In this document: positions 49,454-58,696 of the stretch, one piece after another
Layout of the letters: every line of letters begins with the position of its first letter
Position numbering within the stretch: the first letter of the stretch is position 1
DNA from: Candidatus Daviesbacteria bacterium
GTDB lineage: Bacteria > Patescibacteriota > Microgenomatia > Daviesbacterales > UBA10151
Assembly: GCA_016176335.1 (NCBI GenBank)
Contig: JACOXI010000003.1
Span: 194,477 to 258,476, forward strand
Reading direction: 5' to 3'
DNA length: 64,000 nucleotides
Position numbers and translations under genes: made by a program
The notes under the pieces: model-generated
What the model was told of the DNA's origin: nothing
The model's input: the letters and a program-made list of their open reading frames with translations, nothing else
Databases searched by the model: none

Positions 49454-51616
49454 ATGCCAGTTCAAAAGACCAAACGGGATTTTCCGTTAGATCGCATACG
49501 CAATATAGGCATTATTGCCCATATTGATGCAGGGAAAACCACTACAACCGAGCGAATCCTCTTTTATACAGGCAGATCATACAAAATCGGAAATATTGAT
49601 GAAGGCACAACAGTGACTGACTGGATGGAGCAGGAAAGGGAGAGAGGAATTACTATTGTTTCTGCTGCTGTCACCACTTTTTGGACAGTTAAATCTGGTC
49701 TTTTTGAAGGAACTGAAACAAGAATTAATTTAATTGATACTCCCGGACACGTTGATTTTACGGCAGAAGTTGAAAGATCTTTGCGAGTATTGGATGGAGC
49801 AGTAATTGTTTTGGATAGCTCTTCCGGTGTGCAATCTCAAACCGAGACTGTTTGGAGGCAGGCCAATAAATACAGTGTGCCCCTTATTGCCTTTGCCAAC
49901 AAAATGGATGTGGTGGGTGCGGATTTTGCCGCTACTATTCAATCTGCCAGAGACAGGTTAGGTGCAAATGCTGTTGCTTACAATTTACCCATGGGAAAAG
50001 AGAATGATTTTAAAGGAGTAGTAGATCTTTTAACTGAAAAAGCAATAATTTGGGAAGGTGATCCCTCGACTCCGCTCGGGACAAGTGATACCGGTGCCAA
50101 ATTTACCGAAGTAGCAATACCTGCTGATATGGTGGATCAAGTTAAAGAGGCCCGTGAGAAGTTGGTGGAAGAGATTTCAGGGACAGATGATGTGTTAATG
50201 GAAAAATACTTGGCTGCAGAGGAAATCAGCATCGATGAACTCAAAAAGGCTTTGAGAAAAGCAGTTATTGATAATAAAATTGTGCCTGTTTTGGCAGGAT
50301 CATCTTTGCGCAACAAAGGCGTTCAACCTATGCTTGATTCAGTGGTAGAGTATCTGCCATCCCCACAAGATATTGGGCAAGTGTCGGGCCAAAACCCTCA
50401 AACAGGTGAGATGGTTATACGTAAAGCTGATCCCCTCGCTCCCTTATCTGCTTTGGCTTTTAAGATTCAGGTTGATCCGCACGTTGGAAAACTTACTTAT
50501 ATTAGGGTTTACTCTGGAACTTTAAAAAGTGGTTCTTATGTTTACAACTCCACTAAGCAAATTAAGGAAAGAGTCGGCAGACTACTCTTGATGCATGCCA
50601 ATGACCGGGAAGAGATTGAGGAAGCTTATGCAGGGGAAATTGTGGCTGCAGTAGGACTTAAGGATACTATCACCGGAGATACACTTTGTGATGAGATTGC
50701 TCCTATTATTTTAGAATCCATCTCATTTCCTGATCCGGTTATTTCCTTGGCCATTGAGCCGAAAACAAAATCCGATCAGGAAAAATTAGGCTATGCTTTA
50801 CAAAGACTGGCAGAGGAAGATCCAACCTTCAGAATAAAGAGCGATCCTGAAACAGCCCAGACTATTATTGCCGGAATGGGGGAATTACAGCTGGAGATTT
50901 TAGTGGAGCGAATGAGGAGGGAGTTTAAAGTGGATGCCAATGTTGGCCAGCCTCAGGTTGCCTATAAAGAAACCATTACTAAAATGGCAGAGGGAGAAGG
51001 TAAGTATATCAGGCAAACTGGTGGTCGGGGTCAATATGGTCACTGTCTTTTAAGAATTGAGCCTTTGCCTCGTGGACAAGGAAGAGAATTTGTTTCCGAA
51101 ATTACTGGCGGAGCAATACCACGGGAGTTTATTTCTCCCATTGAAAAAGGTGTTATTGAGAAAGAAGATACCGGAATTTTGGCAGGATACCCGTTAACAG
51201 ATATTAAGGTGGCAGTATACGATGGATCTTTTCATGATGTTGATTCATCAGAGGTGGCATTTAAAATTGCCGCTTCTTTAGGTTTGTCTGAAGCTGCCAA
51301 AAAAGCAGATATGATTTTGCTCGAACCTATCATGAAGGTTGAGGTGACAACCCCGGATGAGTTTATGGGGGATATTATCGGTGATCTATCTTCCAAAAGA
51401 GCCCAAATTTTGGGATCGGAAAAGCGGGGAAATTATACCATCATTAATGCTTTGGTACCCTTGGCAGAGATGCACGGATACGCAACAGCTCTTCGCAGTA
51501 TGTCCCAAGGTCGAGCCGGCTACTATATGGAGGCTGATCACTACGAACCGGTACCAGCCCAAATCACTGCCAAAATAGTTGAATCCTCTGGATTTACAGG
51601 CCGTGTTGAGCATTAG
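49454..51616 (+). CDS. fusA: Elongation factor G
   Basis: [57 protein letters not shown]. Confidence 0.99.
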   Translation: MPVQKTKRDFPLDRIRNIGIIAHIDAGKTTTTERILFYTGRSYKIGNIDEGTTVTDWMEQERERGITIVSAAVTTFWTVKSGLFEGTETRINLIDTPGHVDFTAEVERSLRVLDGAVIVLDSSSGVQSQTETVWRQANKYSVPLIAFANKMDVVGADFAATIQSARDRLGANAVAYNLPMGKENDFKGVVDLLTEKAIIWEGDPSTPLGTSDTGAKFTEVAIPADMVDQVKEAREKLVEEISGTDDVLMEKYLAAEEISIDELKKALRKAVIDNKIVPVLAGSSLRNKGVQPMLDSVVEYLPSPQDIGQVSGQNPQTGEMVIRKADPLAPLSALAFKIQVDPHVGKLTYIRVYSGTLKSGSYVYNSTKQIKERVGRLLLMHANDREEIEEAYAGEIVAAVGLKDTITGDTLCDEIAPIILESISFPDPVISLAIEPKTKSDQEKLGYALQRLAEEDPTFRIKSDPETAQTIIAGMGELQLEILVERMRREFKVDANVGQPQVAYKETITKMAEGEGKYIRQTGGRGQYGHCLLRIEPLPRGQGREFVSEITGGAIPREFISPIEKGVIEKEDTGILAGYPLTDIKVAVYDGSFHDVDSSEVAFKIAASLGLSEAAKKADMILLEPIMKVEVTTPDEFMGDIIGDLSSKRAQILGSEKRGNYTIINALVPLAEMHGYATALRSMSQGRAGYYMEADHYEPVPAQITAKIVESSGFTGRVEH
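50060..50085 (-). repeat. In-frame family A hairpin in fusA
   Basis: gatccctcgactccgctcgggacaag (DPSTPLGTS). Confidence 0.88.
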
Positions 51617-51681
51617 AATTATTACGGGGAGTAAAATATTTGCTGATTTTTTGGCGGATATCTGGGAATCAAATATCTGTT

Positions 51682-51710
51682 TTGACAAAGCGTACGGAAA
51701 AGCGTACACT
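51682..51710 (+). promoter_or_regulatory. TA promoter with repeated operator-like boxes
   Basis: TTGACA-17 nt-TACACT; AAAGCGTAC occurs twice across the spacer and -10; ATG 8 nt downstream. Confidence 0.75.
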
Positions 51711-51718
51711 GCTTTTAT

Positions 51719-52042
51719 ATGACCACAGTTTCTGTAACTCAAGCCCGTGCCAATTTATACGATCTTATTGATAAGGTTTCTACGTCTGGTAAACCAGTTG
51801 GAATTACCAATAAAGGTCAAACAAAAGCTATTTTAATTTCTCCGGAAGAGTTAAGATCTTGGGAGGTAACCATGGAAGTTATGAATGATAAAGAGTTGAT
51901 GGAGCAAATCAGAGAAAGTAAGAAAGATATTAAAGCTGGGAGGATTTACTCACTTGATGAAGTAGAAAAGGAGTTAAGATCAGTAAGGGATGTATCAGGT
52001 AAACCTATCAAATCAGGCAAGAAAAAGTCTAAAAAAGCTTGA
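51719..52042 (+). CDS. Phd/YefM family antitoxin
   Basis: VSVTQARANLYDLIDKV...PVGITNKG...AILIS. Confidence 0.92.
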   Translation: MTTVSVTQARANLYDLIDKVSTSGKPVGITNKGQTKAILISPEELRSWEVTMEVMNDKELMEQIRESKKDIKAGRIYSLDEVEKELRSVRDVSGKPIKSGKKKSKKA

Positions 52043-52241
52043 TTATAAATTCCAAGATAAAGTATTGAAATCCCTGAGACTACTTGAGGTTGATCCATTT
52101 CTGGGTGAAAAAATGGGTGGACAATTCAAAGGATCTTTCCGAATTAAGATTCCGCCTTTGAGAATAATTTATACTCCGGATTTTAGTCGGAAGATAATTT
52201 TAGTTGAGGCTATCGGCCACAAAGGAGATATCTACAAATAA
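51990..52241 (+). CDS. RelE/ParE family toxin
   Basis: YQV.LS.QARKSLKKL...FRIKIPPLRIIY...VEAIGHKGDIYK; overlaps the antitoxin gene. Confidence 0.92.
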   Translation: MYQVNLSNQARKSLKKLDYKFQDKVLKSLRLLEVDPFLGEKMGGQFKGSFRIKIPPLRIIYTPDFSRKIILVEAIGHKGDIYK

Positions 52242-52249
52242 ATATTTTC

Positions 52250-52274
52250 TGTTGCCAGGATCCAGATGGCAACA
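52250..52274. terminator. Hairpin between the convergent relE and toxSAS genes
   Basis: tgttgcca-N9-tggcaaca. Confidence 0.5.
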
Positions 52275-52325
52275 TCTTCGGCCTCTTGAAATCCAGTGAT
52301 TTTTATTAGAAAATAGATTTATCCT

Positions 52326-53390
52326 TTAATTTGAAGGCATTTTTTTACTTTTTTCTATAATAGCCGCAACACGAACTATAAAATCTTGGACATCAAGGAA
52401 GAAATTAGGATATGCTCTTTTTAAAGAATTTATATCACCTGCAGATACAAGAACAGGTTCTATTTTCTCACCATTAGCTACCCTAGCTTCAGCCTCAGTA
52501 TAGTCCTCGGAGGCTTTCTTAATGTTGTCCTTTGCGTAAGATGTTATTCTAACCTTTTTTTCTAAAGAATTTAAGATAATTAAATGGTAATAAGAACCCT
52601 TTCCTTTTTTATCTGCAATGATTTTCAAAGCAAATTTATAGCTCTCCATAGCATTTAATGCTCTAATATCTTCAGCAATATGAGCAACAGCATCAAAAGT
52701 TTCTTTTTTGTCCATTTTATTATATTTTGAGATTCTAGGCGTACCTTCAATATAAGCAAATGCTGAAGATGTAATAGCAAAAAAGTCGCGCCACTTTTTT
52801 TCTCCCTCTCCAGATTTAAGTGCCTGTCCGAGATAAGTTCCCATTGTTTCAACAGCGGTAGCCCATGCGTGTTGTAGCTTTGTCCTAATTTGTAGTTCTA
52901 ATAAGAGTCCATTATATTCTGGTTTAATTTTATTTTTATACCTATAGACTAAATGTACGCTACGATATCCATCCTCTTTTGGATTCTGAATATAATCATC
53001 CGTTCGAACCAATCTATGCTGAAACTTTTTATCCATAAGATATATCGATTCGAGTTGGGTAACATCTTTGATAGATTTAACAACTGCTCTTAAACCACCT
53101 ATGTCCTGCATTCTAGCAAGTTTCATACCTCTGAATCTTCTCAATTTATCAATTATTGTGGACATACGTTTTAAACGCTGAGCTACAATTGCATTTGATT
53201 TCAATCTCCTCAATCTGGTTCTTAATGTAGCTTGAAAAGTATTCATTGGGTAACCATGACAAGCGCGCCAATTACTTAGAACATCGAGAGCATGATTAAA
53301 TTGTTCTTGGTCATTAGATTTACGACTGATTAAGATATCGCCTGCTCTATCTACTGCGGAATTTGAATAATCGGGTTGTGGAAATACCAT
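52326..53390 (-). CDS. RelA/SpoT-domain small alarmone synthetase with C-terminal extension (CapRel-like fused toxin-antitoxin)
   Basis: QRLKR, MQDIGGLR, PKEDGYRSVHL, ELQIRT.LQHAWA; C-terminal VLVSAG.INSLKRAYPNFF; start moved to ATG 53390 (TATAAT 7 nt upstream). Confidence 0.8.
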   Translation of the reverse strand: MVFPQPDYSNSAVDRAGDILISRKSNDQEQFNHALDVLSNWRACHGYPMNTFQATLRTRLRRLKSNAIVAQRLKRMSTIIDKLRRFRGMKLARMQDIGGLRAVVKSIKDVTQLESIYLMDKKFQHRLVRTDDYIQNPKEDGYRSVHLVYRYKNKIKPEYNGLLLELQIRTKLQHAWATAVETMGTYLGQALKSGEGEKKWRDFFAITSSAFAYIEGTPRISKYNKMDKKETFDAVAHIAEDIRALNAMESYKFALKIIADKKGKGSYYHLIILNSLEKKVRITSYAKDNIKKASEDYTEAEARVANGEKIEPVLVSAGDINSLKRAYPNFFLDVQDFIVRVAAIIEKSKKMPSN

Positions 53391-53467
53391 AGCGGTTATT
53401 ATACAAATATCCCAGAAATAATCAAAAGACACCTTGGCTACGAAAGATTTTAAAACGTTTTTACCTC

Positions 53468-53530
53468 TTGCATAATCAGGCAAATTATTGTATATTTATA
53501 TCTGTTACCAGCTTAAGGGGCTGGTATTTA
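53468..53530 (+). promoter_or_regulatory. tuf promoter and leader hairpin
   Basis: TTGCAT-17 nt-TATATT; taccagc-ttaaggg-gctggta then ttt. Confidence 0.6.
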
Positions 53531-53592
53531 ATTGTCATTTGTCATATTGAGTCTGGACAAGATGAGATGGATAATGATAAAATAACAAAATT

Positions 53593-54777
53593 ATGGCTGA
53601 ACAGAAAAAGTTTGACAGAAGTAAACCCCACGTAAATATTGGTACCATGGGTCATGTTGACCATGGTAAAACCACTCTTACTGCAGCTATTACCAAAGTT
53701 TTAGCTGGCAAAGGTCTGGCTGAAGCTCGCTCTGTTGACCAAATTGACAATGCTCCTGAAGAAAAAGCCCGCGGTATCACCATCAATATCTCCCACCAGG
53801 AATACGAAACCGAAAAAAGACATTATGCTCATATAGACATGCCTGGTCACGCAGACTATATTAAGAACATGATTACCGGCGCCGCACAAACAGATGGCGC
53901 CATTTTAGTTGTTTCCGCGCCTGACGGCCCAATGCCGCAAACCAGAGAACATTTGCTTTTGGCAAGACAAGTAGGAGTTCCAGCAATTGTAGTATTTTTG
54001 AACAAAGTTGATATGGTTGATGATGCGGAACTGCTGGATTTGGTGGAAGAAGAAGTCCGGGATCTTTTGAAAAAATATGAATATGATCCGCAGTCACCTA
54101 TTATTCGCGGTTCTGCTAAAAAAGCTTTGGAAGGTGATGCGGAGGCTGTGAAGGCTGTTGAAGAACTTATGGCCAAGGTGGATGAATGGATTCCAACACC
54201 GGTCAGAGATGTGGAGAAACCATTTTTGATGGCTGTTGAGGATGTTTTCTCCATCAAAGGCAGAGGAACTGTGGTAACCGGAAGAATTGAAAGAGGCAAG
54301 GTTAAAGTTAATGAGGAAATTGAAATTGTGGGGATTAGACCTACCAAAAAGAGTGTGGTGACGGGAATTGAGATGTTTCACAAAATGTTGGATGAAGGAC
54401 AAGCCGGAGATAATGCCGGCATACTGCTTCGAGGTATTGAGAAAGATGATGTGGAAAGAGGTCAGGTTTTGGCCAAACCCTCCTCAATCACTCCTCATGC
54501 CGAATTTGAAGCAGAAGTTTATATTTTATCTAAGGAAGAGGGCGGAAGGCACACGCCTTTCTTCAAAGGTTACAGACCACAATTTTATATCAGGACCACA
54601 GATGTAACAGGTGAGGTACAACTGCCGGAAGGTGTGGAGATGGCCATGCCGGGAGACACGGTTAAAGTTACCGGTAAATTAATTACACCGGTTGCTATGG
54701 AAGATGGTTTAAGGTTTGCTGTCCGCGAAGGTGGTAAAACTGTTGGAGCTGGGGTAATTACGAAAATTATTGCTTAA
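53593..54777 (+). CDS. tuf: Elongation factor Tu
   Basis: [43 protein letters not shown]. Confidence 0.99.
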   Translation: MAEQKKFDRSKPHVNIGTMGHVDHGKTTLTAAITKVLAGKGLAEARSVDQIDNAPEEKARGITINISHQEYETEKRHYAHIDMPGHADYIKNMITGAAQTDGAILVVSAPDGPMPQTREHLLLARQVGVPAIVVFLNKVDMVDDAELLDLVEEEVRDLLKKYEYDPQSPIIRGSAKKALEGDAEAVKAVEELMAKVDEWIPTPVRDVEKPFLMAVEDVFSIKGRGTVVTGRIERGKVKVNEEIEIVGIRPTKKSVVTGIEMFHKMLDEGQAGDNAGILLRGIEKDDVERGQVLAKPSSITPHAEFEAEVYILSKEEGGRHTPFFKGYRPQFYIRTTDVTGEVQLPEGVEMAMPGDTVKVTGKLITPVAMEDGLRFAVREGGKTVGAGVITKIIA

Positions 54778-54834
54778 GTTACTTAAGTAACTTAAAATGC
54801 ACATTGAAAGGGAAATCCCTACAGGGATTATAAT

Positions 54835-55143
54835 ATGCCAAGAGGAAGAATCAGAGTAAAACTGAAAAGTTATGATTATCGGGTGTTGGATCACACCTGT
54901 GAGTCCCTTTTGGATACAGCCCTTCGAACCGGTGCCAAGATTGTTGGCCCAATACCTCTCCCTACAAAAATTGAAAGAATTACTGTTTTAAAATCTCCTC
55001 ATACAGATAAAGATTCAAGAGAAGCTTTTGAAATAAAAACCCATAAAAGAATGATTGATATTGTAGAACCTACCCAAAAAACCATAGATTCCCTGATGCA
55101 CCTTGAGATCCCGGCAGGCGTTGACATTGAAGTTAAGATGTGA
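54835..55143 (+). CDS. rpsJ: 30S ribosomal protein S10
   Basis: IRVKLKSYD, GPIPLPT, SPH..KDSRE.FE. Confidence 0.99.
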   Translation: MPRGRIRVKLKSYDYRVLDHTCESLLDTALRTGAKIVGPIPLPTKIERITVLKSPHTDKDSREAFEIKTHKRMIDIVEPTQKTIDSLMHLEIPAGVDIEVKM

Positions 55144-55150
55144 CACTCTG

Positions 55151-55521
55151 TGTCATCCTGAGGGCGAAGCCCGAAGGATCTCTGAACTTGTTTCAGATAC
55201 CATCTAAAAGATTCTTAAATGCTGGGTTAATGGTTTTTATAAGTGCCATTTTCCTTTTTCTTGTCCAACCCTTTATTTTCTTCTCTGCGTTTATGGCGTC
55301 CATAACTTGGTCAAATTCTTGATAATAAACTAACTTATTTATATTGTATTTACTTGTAAAGTGATATTTCTTTATTCTATGTTCATGTATCCGACGCTCT
55401 AAATTGTTAGTTACTCCCACATAAAGAGTATTGGATTTATTTGTTAGGATATAAACATAATAAGACATGATTAGAAGTATCTCACATTCGTGAGAGATGT
55501 TTCGCTTCGCTCAACATGACA
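55151..55521. mobile_element. Putative mini mobile cassette: GIY-YIG gene between inverted family A hairpins
   Basis: Left tgtcatcctgagggcgaagcccgaaggatctct (55151-55183); reverse complement of right end tgtcatgttgagcgaagcgaaacatctct (55493-55521). Confidence 0.65.
55193..55468 (-). CDS. Small GIY-YIG endonuclease (UPF0213-like)
   Basis: YYVYIL...LYVGVTNNLERRIHEH...LVYYQEF...AINAEKKIKGW.R.RK. Confidence 0.93.
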   Translation of the reverse strand: MSYYVYILTNKSNTLYVGVTNNLERRIHEHRIKKYHFTSKYNINKLVYYQEFDQVMDAINAEKKIKGWTRKRKMALIKTINPAFKNLLDGI

Positions 55522-55530
55522 ATTGTCAGC

Positions 55531-55742
55531 TTGCATTTAGATTCAGCCTCTGTTAAAATTTCCTTACTGATGATTTTATTGTCAGGTTGATTTAACAATT
55601 GTCAATTTTCAGTAGATCGTGCGTCCTACTCCGCGTAAAGCTTCGCAGGATACGACGATTGAAAGCGAGATACTGAGTGAGAGCCTGAGTGGTTCGAGTA
55701 CCCTCACCATTGAAGGCCTCACTCTTTTTAATGCTTTAAATT
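55531..55742 (+). promoter_or_regulatory. rplC promoter and structured leader containing family B and nested family A hairpins
   Basis: TTGCAT-17 nt-TAAAAT; tcctactccgcgtaaagcttcgcagga (55624-55650); cctgag[tggttcgagtaccctcacca]ttgaagg (55684-55716). Confidence 0.65.
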
Positions 55743-56528
55743 ATGATTAACAGTTTATTAGGAATTAAGAAAAATATGACATCAACTTATGACTCTCGGG
55801 GAAGAAGGGTGGGGGCGACTGTGGTGGAGATCCAGCCTAATTTAGTGACTCAAATTAAGGCAACTGACGGAAAAGATGGATATGATGCAGTGCAACTGGG
55901 AATAGGAAGCAAAAAGTCAGTTAAAAAGCCCCAGCTTGGACACGGTAAAAAGGTGGGAATAGAGAAACCGATCCGCTGGTTTAGGGAAATTAGAATTATG
56001 AATCCCAAATCAAGCTTAGAAGATTTACAGCCTGGACAAGATATAAAACTTGACCAGGTTTTTTCAATCGGAGATGCGGTTAAAGTTAGCGGAACTTCCA
56101 AAGGTAAGGGATTTCAAGGTGGTGTCAGAAGGCACGGATTTCATGGTGGGCCAAAGACTCATGGTCAATCTGACAGGCATCGTGCCCCGGGAGCTATTGG
56201 TTCAGGCACCACGCCGGGAAGAGTTTATAAAGGCAAAAGAATGGCAGGACATATGGGTAATACCCAAGCCAGTATTAAGAATTTGGAGATAGTTGGTTTG
56301 GATAAAGAGAAGAATTTATTGATGGTAAAAGGCGGGATACCAGGTCCAACAGGAAGACTTGTAAAGATTACAAAGTTAGGAAGAATCAAAGGTTACACTC
56401 CACCACCGGAGGAAAAGGTGGAGGAGAGTGAAGAGGGTAAAGGGGAAAGCGTTAAGGGTGAAGAAAAGACAGAAAGTCAACCAACTGAAGAAGCACCAAA
56501 AGAAGGAGAAGAAAATGCCAAAAGTTAA
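55743..56528 (+). CDS. rplC: 50S ribosomal protein L3 (acidic tail)
   Basis: DGYDAVQLG, GTSKGKGFQG, THGQSDRHRAPG, KGKRMAGHMG. Confidence 0.98.
   Translation: MINSLLGIKKNMTSTYDSRGRRVGATVVEIQPNLVTQIKATDGKDGYDAVQLGIGSKKSVKKPQLGHGKKVGIEKPIRWFREIRIMNPKSSLEDLQPGQDIKLDQVFSIGDAVKVSGTSKGKGFQGGVRRHGFHGGPKTHGQSDRHRAPGAIGSGTTPGRVYKGKRMAGHMGNTQASIKNLEIVGLDKEKNLLMVKGGIPGPTGRLVKITKLGRIKGYTPPPEEKVEESEEGKGESVKGEEKTESQPTEEAPKEGEENAKS
56431..56463 (+). repeat. In-frame 7-mer array in the rplC tail
   Basis: gagggta aagggga aagcgtt aagggtg aag; same unit family as 49375. Confidence 0.65.
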
Positions 56529-57231
56529 AAAAGTTGGTAGCTCCAGTCGGCAGTCGTCAGTAAAAAAAACCACAAAACCAGTGGTCAGAAAATCTAGTGC
56601 TTTATCAATCCCAGTCTATTCTCTGACTGGAAGAACATCTGGAACAATGACTCTTCCAAAAGAAATTTTTGGTGCTGATGTCAATAAAAAACTTTTGGCA
56701 CAAGCAATCAGAGTTTATTCAACCAATCAAAAGACAATTACCGCTTCCACTAAAACCCGCGGAGAAGTTAGAGGTTCAACAGCCAAAATTTACAGGCAAA
56801 AAGGTACAGGTCGCGCCAGACACGGTGCTATCCGTGCTCCGATATTTGTCGGTGGAGGAATAGTTTTTGGACCTAAGCCCAAAACAGTCAGATTGGAACT
56901 GCCGAAAAAAATGAAAAAAGTGAGTTTAATTTCTGCTTTATCATCCAAAGCAATTGATAAATCCATTATAGGAGTGAGTGGTTTGGCAAAAGCAACAGGT
57001 CAAACAAAAGAAATTGCAAAATTCATGTCGTCAGTCGTCAGTCGGGGCGCCAGCGCATTAATTGTGATTGGAGAAAAGACAGATAATGCAGTTAGAGCAG
57101 CAAGAAACATTCCAGGGATTAATGTATTGCCGGTGAATACCATTAATGCATACGAGATTTTAAAACACGACATTTTGGTTTTAGCCAAAGAAGCTTTGGA
57201 GAGACTGTCCGGAAAGGCAGAAAAAAGATGA
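56515..57231 (+). CDS. rplD: 50S ribosomal protein L4 (basic N-terminal extension)
   Basis: [30 protein letters not shown]; start ATG 56515; CAGTCGT-like 7-mers at about 56541 and 57028. Confidence 0.97.
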   Translation: MPKVKKVGSSSRQSSVKKTTKPVVRKSSALSIPVYSLTGRTSGTMTLPKEIFGADVNKKLLAQAIRVYSTNQKTITASTKTRGEVRGSTAKIYRQKGTGRARHGAIRAPIFVGGGIVFGPKPKTVRLELPKKMKKVSLISALSSKAIDKSIIGVSGLAKATGQTKEIAKFMSSVVSRGASALIVIGEKTDNAVRAARNIPGINVLPVNTINAYEILKHDILVLAKEALERLSGKAEKR

Positions 57232-57659
57232 TAGTAATCAGGCGACCAATAATTACCGAAAAATCAATGAGGCTTGCCAAAAAAAATCTTTATACGTTTG
57301 CAGTGGACAAAAACGCCACAAAAGATTTGATTGCAAAGGTTGTAGCCAAAAGTTTTGGAGTGAAGGTTTTAGGAGTAAAGGTGACAAATGTTTCAGGCAA
57401 GACCAAAACGCAAAGAAGTACGAGAAAAACCTATCAGACGAAAGGTTTTAAAAAAGCCTTTGTACAAGTTGGCAAGGGTGAAAAAATCGCCATTTTTGAA
57501 ACACCAAAAGAAGAGGAAGTGGTGGTAACAAGCGCAGAAAGTGAGCCTCACATCATGAAGGAGAAAAAGGATATTTTGGGAAGAACAAAGGTCAGAGTGG
57601 AGAAACGTGCGGTAGGAGCTGCTCCAACAACCCAGAGAAAGGTAATAACAGGAAAATGA
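57228..57659 (+). CDS. rplW: 50S ribosomal protein L23 (C-terminal extension)
   Basis: RPIITEKS, YTFAV...ATK, KKAFV. Confidence 0.96.
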   Translation: MIVIRRPIITEKSMRLAKKNLYTFAVDKNATKDLIAKVVAKSFGVKVLGVKVTNVSGKTKTQRSTRKTYQTKGFKKAFVQVGKGEKIAIFETPKEEEVVVTSAESEPHIMKEKKDILGRTKVRVEKRAVGAAPTTQRKVITGK

Positions 57660-58390
57660 AAACTTTAAAAACTATACTCAAAAAGCACAGTGGTCGTTCT
57701 CGTGGTCGAGTGACTGTTAGGGGTCAGGGAGGAAGACATAAAAGATATTATCGGGAGATAGATTTTAAAAGGGATAAGTTGGGAGTTTTGGGAGAGGTGG
57801 TCTCAATTGACTATGACCCAAACAGAAACGTGGATATTGCTTTAATCAAATACCAAGATGGGGAGTTTAGATATATCCTCGCACCATCGGGGTTAAAAAT
57901 TGGAGATAAAGTTGAATCAGATGAAAAAGTAGAGGTAAGGGTGGGGAATACCATGAAGTTGAAGAATTTAACTGTAGGCGCCTTGGTGCACAACGTAGAG
58001 CTTATTCCAGGAAGAGGCGGACAATTGGGCAGGTCTGCCGGAGTTGTATTACAGCTTTTGGCAAAAGAAGGAGGATTTGCTCATCTTAAGATGCCATCAG
58101 GTGAGGTGAGGATGATACCTCTTGAGGCCATGGCAACAATCGGCACCTTGGGTAATGAGGAGATAAAGGCAAGGGTCTTGGGCAAGGCTGGTAAATCACG
58201 CCACATGGGTATAAGACCGACAGTGCGGGGTGTTGCCCAGGATCCGGATTCTCACCCTCATGGTGGTGGAGAAGGTAGGTCTGGAATTGGTAGAAAGAAA
58301 CCTATGACCAAATACGGCAGACCGGCTGTAGGGAAAACTAGAAATAAAAAGAAGTGGACAAATAAATACATAATACAAAGGAGGAAATAA
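57656..58390 (+). CDS. rplB: 50S ribosomal protein L2 (short N-terminus)
   Basis: [28 protein letters not shown]. Confidence 0.98.
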   Translation: MKTLKTILKKHSGRSRGRVTVRGQGGRHKRYYREIDFKRDKLGVLGEVVSIDYDPNRNVDIALIKYQDGEFRYILAPSGLKIGDKVESDEKVEVRVGNTMKLKNLTVGALVHNVELIPGRGGQLGRSAGVVLQLLAKEGGFAHLKMPSGEVRMIPLEAMATIGTLGNEEIKARVLGKAGKSRHMGIRPTVRGVAQDPDSHPHGGGEGRSGIGRKKPMTKYGRPAVGKTRNKKKWTNKYIIQRRK

Positions 58391-58398
58391 TACAACAT

Positions 58399-58686
58399 AT
58401 GAGTAGATCAACAAAAAAAGGACCATATATTGATGCAAAGTTACTGAAAAAGGTAATGGTTCAAAAAGGGGCTGCTGGCAAAAAAGACCCAATTAAAACC
58501 TGGGCAAGAAGGTCGCAAATCCCGCCCGAATTTGTGGGACATACTTTTTTAGTTCATCAGGGAAAAAACTTTATAACTGTTTTTATAACCGAATCTATGG
58601 TAGGTCACAGACTTGGTGAGTTTGCACCCACCAGAATTTTCAGAGGTCATGGAACTGTGACCAAGCGGGTACTGGAGAAAACTTAA
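58399..58686 (+). CDS. rpsS: 30S ribosomal protein S19
   Basis: [23 protein letters not shown]. Confidence 0.98.
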   Translation: MSRSTKKGPYIDAKLLKKVMVQKGAAGKKDPIKTWARRSQIPPEFVGHTFLVHQGKNFITVFITESMVGHRLGEFAPTRIFRGHGTVTKRVLEKT

Positions 58687-58696
58687 TGGAAAACCT

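Noticed and set aside
55140-55322. 60-aa plus-strand ORF after rpsJ
   Set aside because: It is the translation of the left hairpin plus the antisense strand of the GIY-YIG gene
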